Positions 1-13,002 of a stretch of DNA of 35,328 nucleotides are shown one piece after another. Position 1 is the first letter of the stretch, and each line of letters begins with the position of its first letter. The notes beneath the pieces were generated by a model. It had not been told where the DNA came from and did no database searches. It worked only from the letters and a program-made list of their open reading frames with translations. The DNA is from a candidate division WOR-3 bacterium (GTDB lineage Bacteria > Hydrothermota > UBA3072 > B12-G15). The stretch covers positions 1-35,328 of the forward strand of contig CBFGJG010000019.1 of assembly GCA_965649055.1 (NCBI GenBank), in the 5' to 3' direction. The position numbers and the translations under genes are program-made.

Positions 1-1137
1 TTTACAAACATTATATTCTATGTGGTTGAAGAACCGCCAAAGGATTATTCTTGGATGATTGAGAACGAGGTTAAGTCTGATAAATTTGATTTTTCACTTG
101 AAAAAATTGGTTCTTCACCTTTTATGGATTTTGAAAGGATTGAAGAAAGGGAGGATTTTTCTGAGGTCTTGAATGTTCTTGCGAATGAAAAATCAGAATC
201 AGTTTTAAATGTTATTTTGAAGATATATGAGCTTGAGACAGAAGAACAGAAAAGACAGGAGATACTGTCCTTCATCAAGGATTTTGCAAATTATGCAATA
301 CAGGAAGGAGAAATCCTGGAGTTGTTCTCAATAATTGATTTTTCAAACAGATTTTCTGTGGATAAAGAATTTTTTGAAGATGTTATTTTCTCGGATAATG
401 CAATTGAATTATATCTAAATTATGTGGTTGACAGAGAAAAGAGAGATGTTCTATCAAAATTACTTATTGCTGGTGGAAGGAAGGTTTTACCACACTTAAA
501 AGAATTTGTAAAAAATATAGATTCGGTTGAGTTGTTCACATACTTTCGTAATATTATACTAAACATATGTAAGAATGACAAGGGAGCATTAGGGTTAATG
601 TTTCCTTCCACACAAAATTTTTTACCATATTTAATAGATGTAATACAGGAGATAAAAGACAGATCATACACCCAGTATCTTTTACCACTTCTGAAAAATG
701 AAGATACAAAAAATATTGCTATTAAGGCATTTGTTGAATTAGCATCGAGAGAAGATTTAATAAAAATGATAGATGATAATGATGAAGTTTTAAGAATAAA
801 CATTTTAAGGTTTATAAAGAGCATTGAAAATGAGGAAGAATACAGGAAATTTAAAGAAAGAGTTACAAGTAAGGAATTTTGGAAATTAACACAGGAAGAG
901 AGGGAAAACCTTATTAGGATTATTTCAACTTACAACAAAGAAGAAGTAATATCAATTCTTGACAAAATGCTTTCGAGGTTTTCTCTAAAAAAAGATGCAA
1001 TTTCAACAAAGATTTACATAGTCAATATCCTGAATAGAATGGGAGATAGTGGAAAGAAAGTTCTTTTTAAGTATAGAAATTCATTTAAACTAAGAAAAAT
1101 AATAAAGGAGGTTTTAAAAGAATATGGAAACAATTAG
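1..1137 (+). CDS. HEAT/ARM-repeat-like hypothetical protein (5' end outside window)
   Basis: The frame is open from base 1 (FTNIIFYVVEEP...), so GTG at 22 is probably internal. Helical-repeat pattern (YLLPLLKNEDTKNIAIKAFVEL, DDNDEVLRINILRFI). Overlaps the next gene by 14 nt. Confidence 0.6.
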   Translation, partial: FTNIIFYVVEEPPKDYSWMIENEVKSDKFDFSLEKIGSSPFMDFERIEEREDFSEVLNVLANEKSESVLNVILKIYELETEEQKRQEILSFIKDFANYAIQEGEILELFSIIDFSNRFSVDKEFFEDVIFSDNAIELYLNYVVDREKRDVLSKLLIAGGRKVLPHLKEFVKNIDSVELFTYFRNIILNICKNDKGALGLMFPSTQNFLPYLIDVIQEIKDRSYTQYLLPLLKNEDTKNIAIKAFVELASREDLIKMIDDNDEVLRINILRFIKSIENEEEYRKFKERVTSKEFWKLTQEERENLIRIISTYNKEEVISILDKMLSRFSLKKDAISTKIYIVNILNRMGDSGKKVLFKYRNSFKLRKIIKEVLKEYGNN

Positions 1138-2467
1138 AGATTTAATATTATATCTTATTATCGGAATAAGAACAGGTGCTTTTTTTGAAAAATCTAATGA
1201 GACCTTCCAGAAACATATAGACCATTTATTCGGCATACTAGAAAAGCTTATAAAAGAAAAAGGGGATATTAATGTTAAATTAAAGGTAAATTACATATTT
1301 TTAAATGATGAAAGAATAGATGTGTCTCTTGATATTATGGGTCCATACAGAATGTTAATAAATGAATTGACGATAAGAAATATTGAAGAAATAATATTTT
1401 CGGATGGGATAGAAAAAAAAGAACTAATTGATTTTATTTTTATTATCTCCAGAACATTTCCTAAAGATTCAAAGGATTTTGAAGAACTAACGGGTTATCT
1501 AAATAATAAAGGAATTAAACATATTAATATCTTTATGACAACAGAAGAAAAACATATGGAAAAAGGGAAGTCTTTTAAGAAAGATGCATTAAAAGTTTTC
1601 CTAAACAGTATATTCTACCTAAAAGATGCTTTCGAAAGTTTGTATACAAATGAACAGATAAACATTACAAAAGCAAGAAAGATAATAAAGATTTTTACTG
1701 ATTTTATTATTCAGGATGAAACATTCATGGTGGGTCTTACTACTATTAAGAATATTGGAACTTATACATTAAATCATTCTGTTAATGTTTCTGTTCTTGC
1801 AATTGCACTTGGGCTAAAATTAGGACTTGAGAAAAAAGACATAACTGAGCTTGGTATGGCTGGTTTTTTTCATGATATTGGGAAATCAAACATTTCTGAA
1901 GAAATACTAGATAAACCTGCGCCATTAACATTTGAAGAATATGAATTAATAAAAAAACATCCACATTGGAGTGCAGAAAGGCTTTTACTTATAAGAGGAT
2001 TAAAAAATATACCTGCTTTTGCTTTGAGGGGGATTCTTGAACATCATATTGATTATAATGGTTCAGGTTATCCGAAGCTTGACATAGAAAAACCATCTTT
2101 ATTCGCAAGAATATTAAGGGTTGTTGATACATACGATGCAATGACAACTGCAAGATCTTATCAGCAGGCGTTTTCTCCGATTGAAGCATTGAATTATATA
2201 ATTTCGAAGAAAGGTGAGATATTTGACCCTGTTATTGTGGACAAATTTGTTGATCTTCTTGGGACTTATCCTCCTGGAACAATAGTGAGACTTACAACAG
2301 GTGAAATCGGGGTTTTCCTTTCAGATGGTAACATTGCTGTTATAAAAGGAAATGATGAAATAGAAGTAGGGGGTAAAAATAAGAAGGTCCAGAAGATATT
2401 ATCAAGGAACGAAGTCGATATTGACCCAACAAGTATATTTATAAAGTATAGTTCTTCAGAATCATAG
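1124..2467 (+). CDS. HD-GYP domain protein (putative cyclic-dinucleotide phosphodiesterase)
   Basis: Motifs HSVNV, HDIGK, KKHP, HHIDYNGSGYP, DTYDAMT..RSY and C-terminal YPPGTIVRL..GEIG; GGAGG upstream. Confidence 0.9.
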   Translation: METIRDLILYLIIGIRTGAFFEKSNETFQKHIDHLFGILEKLIKEKGDINVKLKVNYIFLNDERIDVSLDIMGPYRMLINELTIRNIEEIIFSDGIEKKELIDFIFIISRTFPKDSKDFEELTGYLNNKGIKHINIFMTTEEKHMEKGKSFKKDALKVFLNSIFYLKDAFESLYTNEQINITKARKIIKIFTDFIIQDETFMVGLTTIKNIGTYTLNHSVNVSVLAIALGLKLGLEKKDITELGMAGFFHDIGKSNISEEILDKPAPLTFEEYELIKKHPHWSAERLLLIRGLKNIPAFALRGILEHHIDYNGSGYPKLDIEKPSLFARILRVVDTYDAMTTARSYQQAFSPIEALNYIISKKGEIFDPVIVDKFVDLLGTYPPGTIVRLTTGEIGVFLSDGNIAVIKGNDEIEVGGKNKKVQKILSRNEVDIDPTSIFIKYSSSES

Positions 2468-2548
2468 CGGAAGTGGCGGAACTGGCAGACGCGCTGGATT
2501 CAGGTTCCAGTGGGTAAAACCGTGGGGGTTCAACTCCCCCCTTCCGCA
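2467..2548 (+). tRNA. tRNA-Leu(CAG), CCA not encoded
   Basis: Acceptor GCGGAAG/CTTCCGC, anticodon arm CTGGA-TTCAGGT-TCCAG, long variable arm, T arm GGGGG-TTCAACT-CCCCC. Confidence 0.97.
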
Positions 2549-2575
2549 ATATTTTAGTTGATTTGAATTTATGAC

Positions 2576-5672
<3,097 letters not shown>

Positions 5673-5687
5673 ATAAATCCTCCTTTG

Positions 5688-6923
5688 TTAAGGTGTGAAA
5701 AAATCTTTAAACCATTTTTTCATTGTTTCAACAATATTTTTGATATTTGAGCTGTCTCTGCTGATTCCTGCTTCTGATGGATTAGCCACAGCATATTTTA
5801 CAAGTCCAACTGCTGTAGCAAATGCAGGATTATGAACAGTATCTTTCAAGCCTGTTATATCTTTATCTGGGATACCTATTTTTACATATGTACCAAACAT
5901 TTCTTCTGCTAATTGCGCTATTCCTTTGAGTTTTGCAGTTCCACCTGTGAGCACAATACCAGAACTTAAAAGTTCAAGTTTTTCATTTGCCTTTATTTCT
6001 TTATACACAAATTCAAGTATCTCCCTTAACCTCTGATTTATTATATCTGCTATAAACGCTTGTGGGACAGGTGTAGGCTCTCTACCAGAAATACCCGGTA
6101 TTATAACTTTTGCATTATCGTCTTTTATTAATTTTTTCATAGCAACACCATGATTTATTTTGATTTCTTCAGCTGCTTCCTTTGTTGTTTTTGCAACCTT
6201 TGCAATATCGATAGTTATATTTTCTCCTCCATAAGGAACAATGTATGTGCTTTGCAGAGCACCATTATAGAATATTGCAGTATCAGTTGTTCCACCACCA
6301 ATATCCATAAGTATAACACCAAGTTCTTTCTCATTATTGTCAAGGACACTATATGATGATGCAAGCGATTGGAGAACAAGGTCTTTAACTTTAAGACCTG
6401 CAAGTTCAACGCATCTTATCATATTTTTGACATCGTTCACTTCACCTTTTACAATACTTACTTTAACCTGGAGAAATTTTCCTATCATACCAACAGGATT
6501 TTTTACCGATGTTACTTTATCTATTATAAACTCTCTTGGAATGATATGAAGTGTCTCACCAACTTGATCTAACTTAGCATTTCCAAGGACTCTATCGACA
6601 TCCTTCTGCAATATTATATTATCAGGAGAATTAATATTTACTGTTCCTTCTGATTCAATTGTCTTGATATGTTTTCCTGAAATTCCAACATATACTTCAT
6701 TAATCTTAACTCCTGCTATTCTTTCAGCAAGGGCAATAGAATTTTTTATAGATTCAACTGTATCATTTAGGTTTACTACTGTCCCTGCCTTGAGCCCGTT
6801 TGATTTTGATGTTCCGACACCTATTATTTCAATAGAACCATCGTTTAAAGGTCTTGCAATGACTGTTGCTATTTTGGTAGTTCCAACATCAAGACCTGTA
6901 ATTAAATTTTTTAATTCAGGCAT
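5688..6923 (-). CDS. ftsA: Cell division protein FtsA
   Basis: LDVGTTKI, DIGGGTTD, VLTGG, C-terminal amphipathic helix MKKWFKDFF. Confidence 0.98.
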   Translation of the reverse strand: MPELKNLITGLDVGTTKIATVIARPLNDGSIEIIGVGTSKSNGLKAGTVVNLNDTVESIKNSIALAERIAGVKINEVYVGISGKHIKTIESEGTVNINSPDNIILQKDVDRVLGNAKLDQVGETLHIIPREFIIDKVTSVKNPVGMIGKFLQVKVSIVKGEVNDVKNMIRCVELAGLKVKDLVLQSLASSYSVLDNNEKELGVILMDIGGGTTDTAIFYNGALQSTYIVPYGGENITIDIAKVAKTTKEAAEEIKINHGVAMKKLIKDDNAKVIIPGISGREPTPVPQAFIADIINQRLREILEFVYKEIKANEKLELLSSGIVLTGGTAKLKGIAQLAEEMFGTYVKIGIPDKDITGLKDTVHNPAFATAVGLVKYAVANPSEAGISRDSSNIKNIVETMKKWFKDFFTP

Positions 6924-7528
6924 CTTTCCTCCTTCATAAAAAAAATGTTATTTTTAAATCTCATATCGATAATTCCTTTTTCACTTAGATTTTTTTTAAT
7001 TTTATCAATTAAATTCTTTTTTTTCTGATAGTCATCATAACCCCATAATATTTTATGGAATCCATCATCCGTTAATGGACCATACTCTGTCAAAAATACA
7101 GTATCTATATTCTTATCTATTCTTAGTAGATACAAACCTTCTATTATTCTATTTCTATTTCCTGATAATACAGGCAATCTTTCCTTTGTGTAAATTGTCC
7201 TGAAGATATTCCCGTTTTGATCTATTCCCTTTAAAATACCATTGTCATTATAATATGCTAAAATTTCTCTTTTCTTAGAAAAAACAAATATTATTCCAAA
7301 AGGTGTTTTTAAAATCCTTATATTCTTTATATCTTCATTTTTTAGTATGATATTTTTTATTTCTAAGATATTTATTTTATTCATTTTTTTGTTTAAAAGA
7401 ATTTTTTTATCAATATTATAACCAAATGATATTATCTTTTTTGCTGGTATTAAAAACCATAATGGTAAAAATATTAAAAAAATGAATAAAATAATTAGAA
7501 AAATCTTTTTTATTTTCTTAAAGAACAA
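6911..7528 (-). CDS. ftsQ: FtsQ/DivIB-like cell division protein (short)
   Basis: Lies between murB and ftsA; single N-terminal TM segment; IDQNG and C-terminal IDMRF motifs. Start moved to TTG 7528 because AGGAGG lies 6 nt upstream (ORF track: 7567). Confidence 0.75.
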   Translation of the reverse strand: MFFKKIKKIFLIILFIFLIFLPLWFLIPAKKIISFGYNIDKKILLNKKMNKINILEIKNIILKNEDIKNIRILKTPFGIIFVFSKKREILAYYNDNGILKGIDQNGNIFRTIYTKERLPVLSGNRNRIIEGLYLLRIDKNIDTVFLTEYGPLTDDGFHKILWGYDDYQKKKNLIDKIKKNLSEKGIIDMRFKNNIFFMKEERCLN

Positions 7529-8375
7529 TGTTAACCTCCTCTTCAAGAATAATATTAAATTTCTCAAATACCTTTTCTTTGATAATTTTTATTATTTGAA
7601 TTATGTCTTGGGTTCTTGCATTCCCAAGGTTTACAATAAAATTAGAATGCATTTCTGAAATTGCAGCATCTCCAATTTTCAATCTGTCACATCCAGCTTC
7701 TTTGATTAATTTCCAGACACTCATACCTTCAGGATTTTTAAATACACACCCAAAACTTAATTGATCTAAAGGCTGTGTCTTTTTCTTTATTTCCATAAAT
7801 TCAGAAATCTTTTCTTTTATATAATCTTTTGAAGATAAAGATAGTTTTAAATATGCCTTTAAATAAATTCCCTGATTTAATCCTTTCCTATAATCGTATT
7901 TATATTCTTCTTCTTTTATATTTCCGTTATTTAAAATTACTATCTTTTTTACAACATTCCCAAATTCGTATCCATATGAACCTGCATTCATTTTTAAAGC
8001 ACCGCCGATGCTTCCAGGGATTCCCGCAAGACCTTCAAGCCCCGAGAGTGAATTTTCTAATGCTTTCTTTAACAAATTTTGTAGACCATATCCACATGAT
8101 ACTTCTATTTCGTCTTCCTTTATCTTAAAATCGATTAAATTTTTAGTGTTAATAATTATACCGTCAAATCCATTATCTGAGAATAGAACCTTACTACCTT
8201 TACCTAAAATGTAGTATCTTAAATTATTCTTATTTATAAAATCAATCATATCAATCAATTCATCAATATTATCCGGGAAAAACATGTACTTTGCAATTCC
8301 ACCTGTCCTTATAGTTGTCCATTTTTTGAGTTCTTCATTCTCTACTATTTTTCTTTTAAGATTAGATGGAAACAC
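7518..8375 (-). CDS. murB: UDP-N-acetylenolpyruvoylglucosamine reductase
   Basis: TTIRTGG, GKGS, GIPGSIGGALKMNAG, SFGCVFKNP, HSNFIVN. Confidence 0.97.
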   Translation of the reverse strand: MFPSNLKRKIVENEELKKWTTIRTGGIAKYMFFPDNIDELIDMIDFINKNNLRYYILGKGSKVLFSDNGFDGIIINTKNLIDFKIKEDEIEVSCGYGLQNLLKKALENSLSGLEGLAGIPGSIGGALKMNAGSYGYEFGNVVKKIVILNNGNIKEEEYKYDYRKGLNQGIYLKAYLKLSLSSKDYIKEKISEFMEIKKKTQPLDQLSFGCVFKNPEGMSVWKLIKEAGCDRLKIGDAAISEMHSNFIVNLGNARTQDIIQIIKIIKEKVFEKFNIILEEEVNIVL

Positions 8376-9726
8376 TCAGTTCCTCCGCCACCTTATTTAT
8401 ATTACCTGCACCAATTGTAATTATCATATCCTTATTTCTAATTAATTTTTTTAGAAAAGATGGAATTTCTTTCATATTTTCCACATAATAAACTTCTCTA
8501 TGTCCATAATCTTTCAATGTTTTTGCTATAAGTTCTCCAGTTATATTTGGTATTTTTTCTTCCCTTGAAGGATAAATATCTGTTATAATTACTATATCAG
8601 CATCATAAAAGCTCTTACCAAATTCGTCTTTGAGAAGGATTGTCCTTGAATACAAATGAGGTTGGAAAACCGCTATTATCCTACCATCCCATCCTTCCCT
8701 TGCTGTCCTCAAAGTGCTGATAATTTCTCTTGGATGATGTGCATAATCATCAACAATCATTATATTATCCCTAACACATTTTATTTCAAATCTTCTAATT
8801 ACACCTCTGAAACTTCTGATACTATCTTTAATTTTTTCAAATGGGATACCCATATCAACTGCAACACCTATTGCAGCGAGAGAATTCAAGATATTGTGAA
8901 CACCTGGTATATTCAGTTTTATTTCTCCCAATTTCTTGTTTTCAATTTCACAAGAAAAGCTATAATAAAATGATTCTCTCTTTAGGGAAGTTGCCCTTAT
9001 TCTTGCCTCTTTTGAGAAACCATAGAATGTAATATTCTTGTTTATTTTATTTCTTATCTCCCTACAGTTTATATCTTCATAATTAAGATAGATGTTCCCA
9101 TAGAATGGAATTCTATTTGCGAATTCTATGAATGTTTCAATTATATCATTTTTATCAACATATTTATCCATATGCTCTTCGTCGATGTTTGTAATAACTG
9201 ATATAGTAGGAAACAATTTAAGGAAAGATTTATCACTTTCATCAGCTTCACAAACAAGGTATTCTCCCATTCCAAGTCTTGCATTTATTTCAGGACCTCG
9301 TATTCTACCACCAACAACTATAGTAGGGTCCAAGCCTCCTTCTGTTAAAATATGACCTATTAACGATGTTGTTGTAGTCTTCCCATGTGTCCCTGCAACT
9401 GCTATTGAAAATTTCATTCTCATAAGTTCTGCAAGCATTTCAGCCCTCTGGATTATTGGCAAATTTAATTTTTTTGCTTCAACTATTTCAGGATTATTTT
9501 CTTTTATTGCAGATGAGTACACAACAACATCTGCATTAGCCACATTTTCAGATTTATGTTCGTAACTTATTTTTATTCCCATTTTTTCAAGTCTTTCTGT
9601 TATCTCGCTTCTATAAATATCACTTCCAGTAACCTTGAATTTAAGTATATGTAATAATTCTGCTATTCCACTCATTCCAATACCACCTATTCCTACAAAA
9701 TGAATATTCTTATATTCTCCGAACAT
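8362..9726 (-). CDS. murC: UDP-N-acetylmuramate--L-alanine ligase
   Basis: HFVGIGGIGMSG, GTHGKTTT, EADESD, DDYAHHP, FQPHLYSRT. Confidence 0.99.
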   Translation of the reverse strand: MFGEYKNIHFVGIGGIGMSGIAELLHILKFKVTGSDIYRSEITERLEKMGIKISYEHKSENVANADVVVYSSAIKENNPEIVEAKKLNLPIIQRAEMLAELMRMKFSIAVAGTHGKTTTTSLIGHILTEGGLDPTIVVGGRIRGPEINARLGMGEYLVCEADESDKSFLKLFPTISVITNIDEEHMDKYVDKNDIIETFIEFANRIPFYGNIYLNYEDINCREIRNKINKNITFYGFSKEARIRATSLKRESFYYSFSCEIENKKLGEIKLNIPGVHNILNSLAAIGVAVDMGIPFEKIKDSIRSFRGVIRRFEIKCVRDNIMIVDDYAHHPREIISTLRTAREGWDGRIIAVFQPHLYSRTILLKDEFGKSFYDADIVIITDIYPSREEKIPNITGELIAKTLKDYGHREVYYVENMKEIPSFLKKLIRNKDMIITIGAGNINKVAEELSVSI

Positions 9727-10729
9727 ATTTATCTATCCTTTCCCCAATTATTTTTGAAGGGTTTTCCATATTCAATTTTATATATTCTTTTTTGTGATTT
9801 TTTATAATTTCAATTATGTTTTCAATATTCAAATCGTTTTCCCTTATAACATAAATATTTTTCATTTTCTTTTGCAATTCTATCGCATTCAAGTATTGAT
9901 GATCCTTATATGCATATGGATAGGGTATAAGTATAGCAGGTTTCCCTAAAAACATAATTTCTCCGCAGGTCATTGCCCCTGCTCTTGCAATTATAAAATC
10001 ACTCAGACTGTATGCATATTCCATTTCATTTAAAAATTTCATTGATTTGACTCTATCATTTGAAATATCATCTCTTCCAAGAATGATGAATTGATAGTCT
10101 TTCATTTTTTCGATAATTTCATCAGACAGAATATTTAATTTTCTTGCTCCTCTGCTTCCACCAAATATTAAGATAGTATTTCTATTATCTTTAAGTCCAA
10201 AGAATTCGGCACTCTCTTTTTTGTTAACTGATTTTAACCTGTTTGATACAGGAATTCCTGTAAAATGAACATTCCTATTATGATATAAATAATTTTTTGT
10301 CAATTCAAATCCAGTGAACGTCAAATTTGAAAAATATGAAATAATTTTTGAAGCAAGTCCTGGAACAGAATTAATTTCAATAAGGAATAATGGTTTTTTT
10401 ATAAATATATGAAGAAGAATAAACGGTATTGTGACAAAGCCACCTGTTAATAATATTAAGTCAGGATTTTCTTTTTTAACTATATAATATGATAATATAA
10501 TACTTTTTGCTATCCTCAAAAAGAACAGAATTCTTTTAGTGATTGTTTCCCTTACCCATCCAGATATGGGAAGGAAATATTTTTTCATTTCTATATTCAT
10601 ATTGTATTCTATACCAAAACGACTTCCTATATAGATCGTTTCATATCCTAATTTCATTAACACCTTAGCAACATTAATTCCTGGTATTATATGTCCGCCT
10701 GTTCCACCACCAACTATAATTGCTTTCAT
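9710..10729 (-). CDS. murG: Lipid II GlcNAc transferase
   Basis: GGGTGGH, GGSRGA, RAGA..CGE, DHQYLNA. ATG at 10729 has AGGAGG about 8 nt upstream. Confidence 0.96.
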   Translation of the reverse strand: MKAIIVGGGTGGHIIPGINVAKVLMKLGYETIYIGSRFGIEYNMNIEMKKYFLPISGWVRETITKRILFFLRIAKSIILSYYIVKKENPDLILLTGGFVTIPFILLHIFIKKPLFLIEINSVPGLASKIISYFSNLTFTGFELTKNYLYHNRNVHFTGIPVSNRLKSVNKKESAEFFGLKDNRNTILIFGGSRGARKLNILSDEIIEKMKDYQFIILGRDDISNDRVKSMKFLNEMEYAYSLSDFIIARAGAMTCGEIMFLGKPAILIPYPYAYKDHQYLNAIELQKKMKNIYVIRENDLNIENIIEIIKNHKKEYIKLNMENPSKIIGERIDKYVRRI

Positions 10730-11732
10730 TAGCAATTCCTCCTATTATACCAGCACAAAGATAAAAACATATAAGAGAACTTCCACCATGACTTATAAAA
10801 GGTAAAGGGTCTCCAGTTACAGGTATGAAATTCATCGATGAAAGAATGTTTAACAAAGAATAAATTGCAATCAATGTGGATGCGCCAAAACCAATAGATT
10901 TTACTTCCGTTGAAGAACACCTTGATATTAAAAATGATGCATTTAAATAGTATAATAAAAATATTGAAATTACAATTATTCCCCATACAAAACCCAATTC
11001 TTGGGCACCTGTTGCAAAAATATTATCTGAATAGGGTAGGGGAATAGAAGAAAACTTATCAATTCCCTCACCAAGTCCCATTCCGAATATACGTCCTTTC
11101 TTTAATGAACTTGTTATATTTTGAATATTTCCTGAATAAAAAGATGTGGTTCTACGTATAAATTTGTTAAGTTGCCTTGGGAAGAAAAATGGTAATATTA
11201 AAATTATGAATAATAAAGGAGTTGCCTTTGGAATCCTGTATCCTCTAACAAGTATCATAATCCCACCTATTAGTAATGTGATAAATGCGGATGATATGTC
11301 AGGTTGTAAAAATATTAATAAAGATATAATGAATATTGATATTATAGATGTAATAAGTTTTTTTTCACCAGAAATAAAAACAACAAGTGCGAGATGACAG
11401 AATGTTGTTGGTTCGAAAGTGAAACCGAAAATTTTAATCCATCTTGTAGAACTATTTACAGTAACCCCAAAGAAATGAACAAAGATTAATGATAAAATTG
11501 CTAATATAATCATTAAGAATCTTGTTTTAATCCAGAACTTTGGGTTTATTTTCAATGTTATTAAATATAGTGGAATACAAATCAAGAAAATAATAAATTG
11601 TTTTAAAAATTTAAAAGAAACTATAGAATATCCTATTATTTCACCTGAAGATGCAGATGCAATCATTATAATTCCCATTGCACCTAAAATTATTGGAGAT
11701 AGATATACTATAAAAGGGAATCTATCAGTCAT
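10674..11732 (-). CDS. ftsW: SEDS peptidoglycan polymerase FtsW (divergent)
   Basis: Multi-TM; RWI, QPD, G.GLG, SDNIF, LPFISHGGSS; canonical position between murD and murG. Confidence 0.9.
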   Translation of the reverse strand: MTDRFPFIVYLSPIILGAMGIIMIASASSGEIIGYSIVSFKFLKQFIIFLICIPLYLITLKINPKFWIKTRFLMIILAILSLIFVHFFGVTVNSSTRWIKIFGFTFEPTTFCHLALVVFISGEKKLITSIISIFIISLLIFLQPDISSAFITLLIGGIMILVRGYRIPKATPLLFIILILPFFFPRQLNKFIRRTTSFYSGNIQNITSSLKKGRIFGMGLGEGIDKFSSIPLPYSDNIFATGAQELGFVWGIIVISIFLLYYLNASFLISRCSSTEVKSIGFGASTLIAIYSLLNILSSMNFIPVTGDPLPFISHGGSSLICFYLCAGIIGGIANESNYSWWWNRRTYNTRN

Positions 11733-13002
11733 AGTATTTCCTCACAAGTTCTTTGAAATGTTCACCTCTTTCTATAAAATCCTTGAACATATCTTGGCTT
11801 GCACCACCAGGTGAAAAAAGAATCTTTTCTATTTTTAATGTTTTAGAGAATCTCACGCCTTCTTCAATGGAATCTGCAATATAAAAATCTTTATATCCCT
11901 TCTCTTTAAAAATTCTACCCAGCGTATTTCTTGATTCTCCAAACAATATAACATAACCAGCCGAATCTATTGCTGCTTCTGCAAGTTCATAAGGGTTTAA
12001 ATTTTTTAATCTCCCACCCATAAATACAATCGCTCCCTTCATACTATTTAATGAATTTCTGAAAGCAGCAGGGTTTGTGCACATAGAATTGTTTATAATT
12101 AACGGCTCTTTTTTAATTATCTCCATTCTATGTGGAACACCTTTAAAATTTTTAATTCCTTCTCTTATTTTTTCAAGGGATACACCAAGATTAAAACATG
12201 CAAGAGATGCAGCCATAGCATCTTCAATGAAAAATTCACCAAGTATATTTAAATCATTCTTCGAAAAAACAAAACTTCCATCCATAAGAAAAACTTCATC
12301 ACCATAAAGATAAATATCTTTTTTACATTTTCTTGAAAAATATAATATTTTACTTTTAGTGTTCCATTTATTTAATTTTTCGTCATCATAATTTAATATT
12401 GCTATATCATCTTTTGTTTGGTTCATAAAAATTCTTTTTTTCGCTTCTTCATATTGAGCTATGGAACTATATCTATCGAAATGGTCAGGTGAAATATTAA
12501 GGACGATTCCTATATCAGGTTTAAAATTCACAATTCTTTCAAGCTGGAAGGAGCTCACTTCAATAACTGTTATAGTATTCAAATCTGTATTCAAAACAAT
12601 ATCACTCATAGGTATTCCAGGATATATATTTCCACATAGGAATGTTTTCCTACAATCATTTTTTAATATCTTGTAAGCAATACTTGCTGTTGTTGTTTTA
12701 CCATTTGTTCCGGTGACCGCGATTATTTTTCCTTTTATATATCTTGAAGCAAATTCAATTTCATCAACTACATCCTTTCCTATAATTCTTGCCTTTCTTA
12801 ATAATTCAAATTCTTTTATACCCGGGCTTACAACTATAATATCTGAGTCAAGAATTTTCTCAGTATGTTTTCCTTTTTCATTCTCAAAAGGTATATCTTT
12901 CTCCATAGACAATTCACTTATAAACACTTCAAATCCTAATCTTTTTGCAAGTTCTGCTACACTTTTACCGCTTCTCCCAAAACCTAAAATTGATATTCTC
13001 AT
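11725..13002 (-). CDS. murD: UDP-MurNAc-L-Ala--D-glutamate ligase
   Basis: GFGRSG, VVSPG, GTNGKTTT, EVSSFQLE, DHFDRY, PHRME, FSPGGASQDMF..RG. Confidence 0.97.
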   Translation of the reverse strand: MRISILGFGRSGKSVAELAKRLGFEVFISELSMEKDIPFENEKGKHTEKILDSDIIVVSPGIKEFELLRKARIIGKDVVDEIEFASRYIKGKIIAVTGTNGKTTTASIAYKILKNDCRKTFLCGNIYPGIPMSDIVLNTDLNTITVIEVSSFQLERIVNFKPDIGIVLNISPDHFDRYSSIAQYEEAKKRIFMNQTKDDIAILNYDDEKLNKWNTKSKILYFSRKCKKDIYLYGDEVFLMDGSFVFSKNDLNILGEFFIEDAMAASLACFNLGVSLEKIREGIKNFKGVPHRMEIIKKEPLIINNSMCTNPAAFRNSLNSMKGAIVFMGGRLKNLNPYELAEAAIDSAGYVILFGESRNTLGRIFKEKGYKDFYIADSIEEGVRFSKTLKIEKILFSPGGASQDMFKDFIERGEHFKELVRKYYD

